From the IMG/VR virus record IMGVR_UViG_3300037067_004979, positions 74,733-106,335 of that record: a stretch of DNA of 31,603 nucleotides. One strand, given 5' to 3'. Below are positions 25,068-31,603 of the stretch, piece by piece. The stretch comes from a virus (lineage: Duplodnaviria; Heunggongvirae; Uroviricota; Caudoviricetes). The translations under genes were made by a program, and so were the position numbers. Positions within the stretch are counted from its first letter, which is position 1; the number at the start of each line of letters is the position of its first letter. The notes under the pieces are model-generated. The model was not told the DNA's origin. It ran no database searches and was given only the letters and a program-made list of their open reading frames with translations.

Positions 25068-25238
25068 ATGAGAGATCCCAAGAGAATAGATAGAATTCTA
25101 AAGCAGATCGAGAAAATTTGGATTGATAATCCTGATCTCAGGTTAATGCAGTTACTTGGCAATTGTTGGCCTGCTGGTGATCATTATTCTCGTGAAGATG
25201 ATGAACTTGAGAAGAGATTGAGTGAGTTATATAAGTGA
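25068..25238 (+). CDS. Conserved phage small protein (YihD/DUF1040-like, 56 aa, not in ORF track)
   Basis: MRDPKRIDRILKQIEKIWIDNPDLRLMQLL, a widely seen phage motif; strong RBS. Confidence 0.8.
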   Translation: MRDPKRIDRILKQIEKIWIDNPDLRLMQLLGNCWPAGDHYSREDDELEKRLSELYK

Positions 25239-25456
25239 GATACTATATCTCTAACATATCAGTGTCTCACTTTGTTAATACCTTGAATAAAGTAATGCAT
25301 GTGGATATGCAGGTATCTGATGCTGAATATTTAACTAATAGAGATAAATTTAACTTCATGGAATATCTAATTAATAAAGCTGTGGTAGATGGCTATATAG
25401 AGGATGAAGATATTGTCATGGCAGCAACAATAATAAAATTAAGGGGGGATGCTTAA
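25235..25456 (+). CDS. Hypothetical protein
   Basis: GTGA overlap, 73 aa. Confidence 0.6.
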   Translation: MRYYISNISVSHFVNTLNKVMHVDMQVSDAEYLTNRDKFNFMEYLINKAVVDGYIEDEDIVMAATIIKLRGDA

Positions 25457-25611
25457 TGAAGGCATTGAAAATCATCTGTGGGGTAATTCTATTCCCACTG
25501 GCTTTGGCTGGTTTTATTGTGGTTATGGTCTTACTGGGGCTATTGAAACTGTTTGAGTTTGCCTATGGTGATATACAGTTTGAATTAGAAGAAGACAAAC
25601 CCAAGAGTTAA
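25456..25611 (+). CDS. Small membrane protein (51 aa)
   Basis: MKALKIICGVILFPLALAGFIVVMVLLGLLKLFEF...; TAATG coupling. Confidence 0.6.
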   Translation: MKALKIICGVILFPLALAGFIVVMVLLGLLKLFEFAYGDIQFELEEDKPKS

Positions 25612-25617
25612 TGTATT

Positions 25618-25866
25618 ATGAGAAGTATAACCACAGTCATAGACGGGGCAGTAAACATAGAGATAATAGTACCATACTATGTGAGGGGATTCTATTGCCT
25701 CAACTGTGGTCACATGACAGAATTAAGGTTTATCTGTGATAAGTGTGGTTATACACATGGTTATGTAACACTACTAAAGAAGTTTCCAAGGGAATATGCT
25801 GAGAATGTAAATTATAGCATTCTTAGTAGAAGGAAGAAGAGAGTTGTTGTTCAAGAGACCGATTAA
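25618..25866 (+). CDS. Zinc-ribbon hypothetical protein
   Basis: CLNC...CDKC. Confidence 0.6.
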   Translation: MRSITTVIDGAVNIEIIVPYYVRGFYCLNCGHMTELRFICDKCGYTHGYVTLLKKFPREYAENVNYSILSRRKKRVVVQETD

Positions 25867-26107
25867 CCTAAAGAGTGATGAGACAATCATGGTTGGACAT
25901 ATGATAACCTTTGTTCTACATGATAATAGGCCAACAGCAACGAATTCTTATGATGATTCAAAATTTTGTTGTCTTGCTTGTGGAAAAAGTTTAACAGAAC
26001 CAATGTTACGTACAAAGGTCTCAGATACATACTATGCATATTGTGGTTCAAGTAAGTGTAGAAAACAACTAAGAAGAAAGAAAATGCTGGAGAAATTGAA
26101 TGCGTAG
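25844..26107 (+). CDS. Zinc-finger hypothetical protein
   Basis: CLAC...YC-x4-C; ends KKMLEKLNA; true start may be ATG downstream. Confidence 0.65.
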   Translation: MLFKRPINLKSDETIMVGHMITFVLHDNRPTATNSYDDSKFCCLACGKSLTEPMLRTKVSDTYYAYCGSSKCRKQLRRKKMLEKLNA

Positions 26108-26285
26108 AACAAAATCAGAGATAAGACAGGAATCAATCGAATTTGGTACCTGGTGTATGAAGCAGTGCACACCAGGTTTTAAGGGATGTCAGTTTAGGGG
26201 CAATGGAATAGGTTGGCTTGATCTAAAGAAAAAGTGTCTGATATTAAATAAGAAGATGAGGACTAAAAATGCCAAGAGTATATGA
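26100..26285 (+). CDS. Small Cys-rich protein
   Basis: C-x3-C-x6-C...C; GGAG RBS embedded upstream. Confidence 0.55.
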   Translation: MRRTKSEIRQESIEFGTWCMKQCTPGFKGCQFRGNGIGWLDLKKKCLILNKKMRTKNAKSI

Positions 26286-26448
26286 GATGTGTAGAGCTCC
26301 TGATTGCTCAGGTAAGGTCACTCAACAGGGTGAGAAGTTTGGTCTATGTAATCGCCACCTAGACATGTTAAAATTTGTACTCTGGGCTATAGATAATATT
26401 AAGATGAGGGGTGACAAGAAGACGGATTCTGGATTAATCTTGCCATGA
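26269..26448 (+). CDS. Small zinc-finger protein (59 aa, not in ORF track)
   Basis: MPRVYEMCRAPDC...GLCNRH...SGLILP*; C-x4-C / CxxH; ATGA coupling to the next gene. Confidence 0.65.
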   Translation: MPRVYEMCRAPDCSGKVTQQGEKFGLCNRHLDMLKFVLWAIDNIKMRGDKKTDSGLILP

Positions 26449-26831
26449 TTGGATTTTTCAAAAAGCGAAAGGAGAGGATTAATGCCCCCGTATTTAGAGT
26501 GGGGGTTACTGCAGTTGTGAGTAATTCAGATGATGTAAAAGAGATGGTGGATGATTGGAATTGGCTGGGTATTAAGAAGATACCTCATTTTTGTACAGGG
26601 GATACTACCACTCTTAAATTTGAATTTTTTAAGGGGTTATCTGAAGAAGAATTAGATAAAACAGATAAGTATGTTGAATATCTTAAGATGTGGGTAGCAC
26701 GTGAGAGTGGTAATATGAATTTTGATAATTATGATAGGTGGTTACGATTTAAAAGAATTGTAAATGATTTAGCTGGGATTATAATGATGGCAAAAATTGG
26801 TAATAAGATAGATGAAGATATTAGGAATTAA
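26445..26831 (+). CDS. Hypothetical protein
   Basis: 128-aa coupled ORF. Confidence 0.7.
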   Translation: MIGFFKKRKERINAPVFRVGVTAVVSNSDDVKEMVDDWNWLGIKKIPHFCTGDTTTLKFEFFKGLSEEELDKTDKYVEYLKMWVARESGNMNFDNYDRWLRFKRIVNDLAGIIMMAKIGNKIDEDIRN

Positions 26832-27060
26832 TACTGGCATGACAAGATCTGAAAAGAGACGGAGAATGCTCAGAAAACTGGGTGGTTGTGGGGAGGTCTA
26901 TTTTCACAAGGGTGAATTAATAGATGTTATTGGTGTACATACAGAGAATGGTAATAGGTTTTTTTCTCAAGCAATAACCATGTATGATGGGGATTCACTT
27001 CATATTAGCATATGTTCAGTTGGGTATGATATAGCACGTGAGGATCTCATAATTAAATGA
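26812..27060 (+). CDS. Hypothetical protein
   Basis: 82-aa ORF. Confidence 0.6.
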   Translation: MKILGINTGMTRSEKRRRMLRKLGGCGEVYFHKGELIDVIGVHTENGNRFFSQAITMYDGDSLHISICSVGYDIAREDLIIK

Positions 27061-27278
27061 ATATGAAACAACTAAGGATGCTGTGTTGTTTAGGTGGTGG
27101 TTCTTTTGAGCTACATACTAATACAATGATTGCAGAGATTATAGGTGTGGATAATAACTATTATAGTTGTTTTATTTGTGGTGATAATCTTTTAGTTGGT
27201 GATGAATATATATTTACTACAGGGGATGATCTCTGTGGTAGAATAAGAATTCACACCAGGTGTATTGAAGATGAATAA
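27057..27278 (+). CDS. Zinc-binding hypothetical protein
   Basis: CFIC...HTRC. Confidence 0.6.
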   Translation: MNMKQLRMLCCLGGGSFELHTNTMIAEIIGVDNNYYSCFICGDNLLVGDEYIFTTGDDLCGRIRIHTRCIEDE

Positions 27279-27519
27279 CTATAAGACAAAGATGGTTTTG
27301 GTCAATCTAACTGGTGGGAATTTTGTCTGGAGAGATAACATAGTTCAATATGACAACACATATCTTGGCAGGGATTTTTATAAGTGTGATCTATGTCAGG
27401 TACCATTTGAGACTGGTGATATGTATATGATATATATGGAAACATCATATAGGTATGAGGGTGGTGTGTTACCAAGGTTATGTATGAGGTGTTATAAAAA
27501 TGAGAATAGCGGGAATTGA
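27265..27519 (+). CDS. Zinc-binding hypothetical protein
   Basis: CDLC...CMRC. Confidence 0.65.
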   Translation: MKMNNYKTKMVLVNLTGGNFVWRDNIVQYDNTYLGRDFYKCDLCQVPFETGDMYMIYMETSYRYEGGVLPRLCMRCYKNENSGN

Positions 27520-27964
27520 TGCTGATTCAAAGAAATTAGCAGTTGTGGTTTTTGAGGATGATAAATTTGATTCAATGCACTTTTTTGAGTCAAAATCAAA
27601 GATAACACAGGAGAGGGTGTTTGATCTTTACTTTCACTTTGATTCATTCATAAAGTCTAGTAAGATAGATATGGTGGTTATGGAAGAATCCTTCTATACA
27701 AATAATTTTAAGACCAGCAAGGCAATTACAGAAGTGCTTGGTAATTGCAAAATGATATGTAGATTAAATAATATTCCATTTAAAATGGTTCAAAATAGGT
27801 CTTGGAAGAAGACTGTTATTGGTAGTGGTGATGCTACAAAGGATGGTATCAAGAGATTTGTGGTTGATAGGTATCCACAGTTTGAGAGAGAACCACAGGA
27901 TCTTAGTGATGCTCTATGTGTATGTTTGTACGGTGTTTTTACTAAGTTAAGAGGAGATGATTAA
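27500..27964 (+). CDS. ruvC: RuvC-like Holliday junction resolvase
   Basis: IAGID, VVMEE, WKK.VIGSGDATK, QDLSDALCV acidic tetrad. Confidence 0.85.
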   Translation: MRIAGIDADSKKLAVVVFEDDKFDSMHFFESKSKITQERVFDLYFHFDSFIKSSKIDMVVMEESFYTNNFKTSKAITEVLGNCKMICRLNNIPFKMVQNRSWKKTVIGSGDATKDGIKRFVVDRYPQFEREPQDLSDALCVCLYGVFTKLRGDD

Positions 27965-30591
27965 TGGCTAATTTTTCTGATGAGGCAGTGGAGATACTTA
28001 AGGCCAGGTATCTCAAAAAAGATAGAGAGGGTAATGTTATAGAGACTCCTGATGAGATGCTGGAGAGAGTGGCAGAACATATATCAAAAGCTGAGAAACC
28101 TGAGGATCAGAAGAAGTGGAAGAAGAGGTTTCTGGATATAATGAATACACTTGAGTTTCTCCCAAATAGCCCAACTCTTATGAATGCAGGTAAGGATATT
28201 GGCCAACTCAGTGCATGTTTCACATTACCTGTTGAAGATAATCTAGCTGCAATATTTGAGGTAGTGAAGGAGTCAGCCTTGATACATAAAACTGGGGGCG
28301 GTACTGGATTTAATTTCTCAAAGCTAAGACCTGCTGGATCAATAGTTGGTTCTACTAAGGGTGTTGCTAGTGGCCCAGTGTCTTTTTTGCAGGCCTTTGA
28401 TGCTGCAACTGAGACAGTCAAGCAGGGGGGAGTAAGACGTGGAGCTAACATGGGTATTTTAAATTGCACACACCCAAATATATTTGAATTTGTTGATTGT
28501 AAGAAAAACACATCCAGGTTTCAGAATTTTAATCTATCAGTTGGTATAAATGGTGATTTTTTAGATAGATCAAAAAGTGGTAAAAATCATATTTTAATAA
28601 ATCCATGTAATAAGAATGATAAGATAGTAGTTGATTCAAAAAAATTAATGAATAGAATATGTAGTAATATCTGGGAAACTGGTGAACCAGGAGTAATATT
28701 TTTAGACATTATAAATAAATACAATGTCATACCTTGGATGGGAAAAATAGATACAACGAATCCATGTGTTTCTGGTGATACATTAGTAATGATTGCTGGG
28801 GATTCTCCAAAGAAAATAAAAGATCTTGTTGGTAAGAAATTCCCGGTCTTTTGTGTAAATAAAAGAGGCAAACTTGTAGTAAGAAATGCTTATAATGTTA
28901 GAAAAACTAGAAATAATCAGAAATTATATAAAGTTTTATTAGATGATGGTTCATTCATAGACGCCACTGAAGACCATACTTTTATTCTATCAAATAACAA
29001 AAAAGTATTATTAAGAGATTTAAAAGCTGGGGATTCTCTTATGAGATTTGATAGAGAAACATATAATTGGCACGGAGTAAATTATTGGAAAGTATCTAAT
29101 GGTAATATTGGTAAACTAGAACATAGACATCTTGATGAATATTATTTTGGAAGAAAATGTAATGAAGATGAAATAATTCATCATAAAGATTTTAGTGGGT
29201 TAAATAATCTAAAAGAAAATCTTCAAATAATGACTAAGAAAGAACACAGGGATATTCATGATATATCAGGAGATAAAAATCCCATCTTTAAGTTAAAGAA
29301 AAATGGGAAATTTGAAGAATATAAAAAAAGAAATTCTTTTTATAATACTTCTGGAGAAAATAATCCTAGATATGGCGTGAAACTTAGTGATGAAACTAAA
29401 CATAAAATAGGTATTAAAACCATAGAAAGATTCACAAATGAAGAATTTAGACTTAAGCATTCTGAAGCTGTAAAAAAATCTATGGTGGTGGCAAAGGATA
29501 AATTAATCGGTGACAGAATAGAAAGAGAAGAAGTTAAATGTGAATTTTGTAATGGGACAATTACAAGGAAAATTAATTCAGAAAGAGTCTTTTGTGATGT
29601 ACTCTGTAGAAATAGAGGTTTAAACAAAAGAAGATCTGCAAGAGTAAATCATAAAGTAATATCTATAGAATTTTCTAGAGTAGAAGATGTTTATGATCTT
29701 ACGGTGGATGAATTTCTTAATTATGCAGTTGTGACTTCTCAAGATGAAGCAGGCCAACATGGTTTAGTTATCTGGGATTGTGGAGAACAACCACTATTGG
29801 CATGGGAATCATGTAATCTTGGTTCTATTGATGTATCAAAATTTTATAAAGATGAAGATATAGATTGGAATAGACTAATCAAGGTAGTTGAGATAGCCGT
29901 TAGATTTCTTGATGATGTTATTGATGTGAATAAGTACCCCCGAGTTAAGATAGAAAGAAAAACAAAAACAACTAGAAAAATTGGACTTGGTATAATGGGG
30001 TGGGCTGATTTATTGTTGGAAATGAAAATAAAGTATGATACTGATGATGCATTGGCATTGGCAGAGAAACTAATGTCTACCATAACTAATCATGCTCATA
30101 GGGTTTCAGAGCAGATTGGTAAGGAGAAGGGATACTTTCCTGCTGGTAATGGGAAATTGAATAGAAGAAATGCTACTTTGACCACAATAGCTCCTACTGG
30201 TACTTTATCTTTGCTAGCTAATTGTTCTAGTGGGATAGAACCTGTTTTCGCTAAAAATTTTACAAAGAAAGTTTTGGGTGATGTGAAAATAGATATTTCA
30301 AAGAAATATAAAGATCATGTAGATAGTTATTTTGTTACTGCACTAGAGATAAAGCCTGAATGGCATGTAAGAATGCAGGCGGCATTTCAAAAATATGTAG
30401 ATAATGCAGTGTCAAAGACCATAAATCTTCCATTTGAGACCACAATTGATGATATAAGAGATGCTATTTATCTAGCACATTCTCTTGGGTGTAAGGGTCT
30501 TACATTATATAGGCAGGGTACAAGAGAAGCCCCAATAGAGATAAGTACTGAGGGTCTTAGTGAGTGTGATAATGGAAAGTGCAGTATTTAA
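27964..30591 (+). CDS. nrdJ: Class II (adenosylcobalamin-dependent) ribonucleotide reductase containing an intein
   Basis: FLPNSPTLMNAG, QLSACF, GGGTG, RRGANMG, TNP[intein]CGEQPL, ESCNLGSID, TTIAPTGTLS, C-terminal CDNGKC; no ATP cone and no beta subunit nearby. Extein is about 537 aa. Confidence 0.9.
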   Translation: MANFSDEAVEILKARYLKKDREGNVIETPDEMLERVAEHISKAEKPEDQKKWKKRFLDIMNTLEFLPNSPTLMNAGKDIGQLSACFTLPVEDNLAAIFEVVKESALIHKTGGGTGFNFSKLRPAGSIVGSTKGVASGPVSFLQAFDAATETVKQGGVRRGANMGILNCTHPNIFEFVDCKKNTSRFQNFNLSVGINGDFLDRSKSGKNHILINPCNKNDKIVVDSKKLMNRICSNIWETGEPGVIFLDIINKYNVIPWMGKIDTTNPCVSGDTLVMIAGDSPKKIKDLVGKKFPVFCVNKRGKLVVRNAYNVRKTRNNQKLYKVLLDDGSFIDATEDHTFILSNNKKVLLRDLKAGDSLMRFDRETYNWHGVNYWKVSNGNIGKLEHRHLDEYYFGRKCNEDEIIHHKDFSGLNNLKENLQIMTKKEHRDIHDISGDKNPIFKLKKNGKFEEYKKRNSFYNTSGENNPRYGVKLSDETKHKIGIKTIERFTNEEFRLKHSEAVKKSMVVAKDKLIGDRIEREEVKCEFCNGTITRKINSERVFCDVLCRNRGLNKRRSARVNHKVISIEFSRVEDVYDLTVDEFLNYAVVTSQDEAGQHGLVIWDCGEQPLLAWESCNLGSIDVSKFYKDEDIDWNRLIKVVEIAVRFLDDVIDVNKYPRVKIERKTKTTRKIGLGIMGWADLLLEMKIKYDTDDALALAEKLMSTITNHAHRVSEQIGKEKGYFPAGNGKLNRRNATLTTIAPTGTLSLLANCSSGIEPVFAKNFTKKVLGDVKIDISKKYKDHVDSYFVTALEIKPEWHVRMQAAFQKYVDNAVSKTINLPFETTIDDIRDAIYLAHSLGCKGLTLYRQGTREAPIEISTEGLSECDNGKCSI
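28765..29778 (+). mobile_element. Intein (338 aa) with HNH homing endonuclease at the RNR thiyl-radical Cys
   Basis: Block A CVSGDTLV, block B ATEDH, HNH EHRH...IIHHKD..LNNLKENL...EH..IH, NUMOD3-like GENNPRYG.KLSDETKHKI, block F VYDLTV, C-terminus VIWD followed by +1 Cys (CGEQ). More AT-rich than the extein. Confidence 0.92.
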
Positions 30592-30763
30592 GTTAGGTAA
30601 ACCTGATAAGGTAATAAGTGGTCGTATCGTCTGTTATACATGTGAGAAGGTTCTTGTAAAAAATGAGTGGAAACATGTTTGGAAAAAGCAGATAGATGGA
30701 ACATACTCATATGTACAACTGTGTGACAGGTGTGCAATTCTGGAGAAATTGAGTGATGACTAG
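30560..30763 (+). CDS. Zinc-finger hypothetical protein
   Basis: CYTC...CDRC; ends ILEKLSDD. Confidence 0.65.
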   Translation: MSVIMESAVFKLGKPDKVISGRIVCYTCEKVLVKNEWKHVWKKQIDGTYSYVQLCDRCAILEKLSDD

Positions 30764-31064
30764 ACCTTGGACAAAAAAGAAGGAGACCAACCACAGGGTT
30801 GAGATTGAGTGGCATAGAGTATCTAGATATAGAGAGGCATCTCGCCAATGTGATGAGGAAGCAGATATGCTTAATGATTTATTTAAAGAACACAAGAATT
30901 TTGATGATTGCAGTGCTTTTACAAATTATGATGAGGTTGATGTATGTGTATTTTGTAATAATGAGTATGAGGAAATGATTGATGAGGATACAAATGAACC
31001 AGTTTGTGCTAACTGTGGCAAGGGCGCAAAGGAAGCAATGCTGGAGAAACTGAAAGATGGATAG
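30753..31064 (+). CDS. Zinc-ribbon hypothetical protein
   Basis: CVFC...CANC; ends AMLEKLKDG. Confidence 0.75.
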   Translation: MMTRPWTKKKETNHRVEIEWHRVSRYREASRQCDEEADMLNDLFKEHKNFDDCSAFTNYDEVDVCVFCNNEYEEMIDEDTNEPVCANCGKGAKEAMLEKLKDG

Positions 31065-31224
31065 ACTAGAATATATATATAAATGTTATGTATGTAATAA
31101 ACAGGTAATTGATCCAAAATATGTGTTTTATTGGCTTAAAGATTCTTATTTAATTCATGTGATGTATACCTGTAGTCCAGAACACTATAACACAGTAGCT
31201 ATGTTGAGGAAATTAGATGGGTAG
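31057..31224 (+). CDS. Small zinc-finger protein (55 aa, not in ORF track)
   Basis: MDRLEYIYKCYVC...TCSPEHYNTVAMLRKLDG*; CxxC / C-x3-H. Confidence 0.6.
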   Translation: MDRLEYIYKCYVCNKQVIDPKYVFYWLKDSYLIHVMYTCSPEHYNTVAMLRKLDG

Positions 31225-31603
31225 CCATATCCTTTCTTGTGGTCATGAAGAACCAGCCGATTTTACCTTAGAGAAAAATGTGGTAGAATACTACTCCGAG
31301 TTTGAAACAGATAGATCAGATATGGAGAATGGTGGTGGTCCCTGTTTTGTTTATAAGTCATTTTGTAATGAGTGTCTGAAAGAGAAGTGGTTAAAAAGGG
31401 CTATTAATAAGGCAAAGATACTGAGATCCCTAGAGCGTGGTTTAGCTGATGCAGAGGCTGGTAGGGTATCTAAGATAAAAATATATAAGTGTTCTGCATG
31501 TAGCTGTGGTGATTGCAGAGAGGGAAAAACTGGTAGAGAATACTGGTTTTGTCCTCATTTTAATGATGATATATGTTCAATATGTTGTATATATGATTCA
31601 ACA
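31217..31603 (+). CDS. Cys-rich protein, 3'-truncated by the window end
   Basis: Open frame MGSHILSCGH...FCNEC...LRSLERGLADAEAGRV...CSACSCGDC...FCPH...CSICC running off the end. Confidence 0.65.
   Translation, partial: MGSHILSCGHEEPADFTLEKNVVEYYSEFETDRSDMENGGGPCFVYKSFCNECLKEKWLKRAINKAKILRSLERGLADAEAGRVSKIKIYKCSACSCGDCREGKTGREYWFCPHFNDDICSICCIYDST

Noticed and set aside
28051-28071. Internal MLERV match to the C-terminal motif inside NrdJ
   Set aside because: It is part of the conserved ETPxEMxxRVA RNR motif and is not near a stop codon; it shows the motif can arise by chance.
654-31117. Minus-strand and nested ORFs in the six-frame track (e.g. 3167-3739, 28107-28511, 29340-29627)
   Set aside because: All lie antisense to or inside well-supported + strand genes and have no motifs; they are expected shadows in AT-rich DNA.
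1-31603. Genome-wide stop-codon reassignment (TAG or TGA)
   Set aside because: Long conserved genes (PolA, carbamoyltransferase, RNR, RecA) are intact in code 11 and several genes end at TAG with sensible C-termini. Only one local interruption was seen.

Overview
AT-rich segment of a tailed-virus (Caudoviricetes-like) genome with every credible gene on the + strand. Many genes are translationally coupled (ATGA/TAATG overlaps). Order: end of the tail module (934-aa tail protein); two membrane-anchored exported proteins (Cys-protease-like and TlpA-like CxxC redoxin); a candidate ~200-nt structured RNA abutting an initiator-like tRNA(CAT); a replisome (DnaB-like helicase, primase, gp32-like SSB); a lower-GC cassette that looks like a cytosine hypermodification pathway (all-alpha dNTPase, dCMP-type thymidylate-synthase homolog, PolA, carbamoyltransferase, kinase-UDG fusion, second TS-fold protein); recombination genes (RecA, DUF559 nuclease, Cas4-like nuclease, UvsY-like, RuvC-like); a divergent FtsZ/tubulin homolog; a class II ribonucleotide reductase with an HNH intein ending in atypical Trp-Asp; and many small Cys-rich ORFs, several ending in a shared ML(E/R)KL motif. 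The host is probably bacterial (RecA, PolA, bacterial-type initiator tRNA, extended -10 promoter). A Chloroflexota/Dehalococcoidia-like anaerobe is only a guess. All family calls come from motif recognition by eye; no searches were run.
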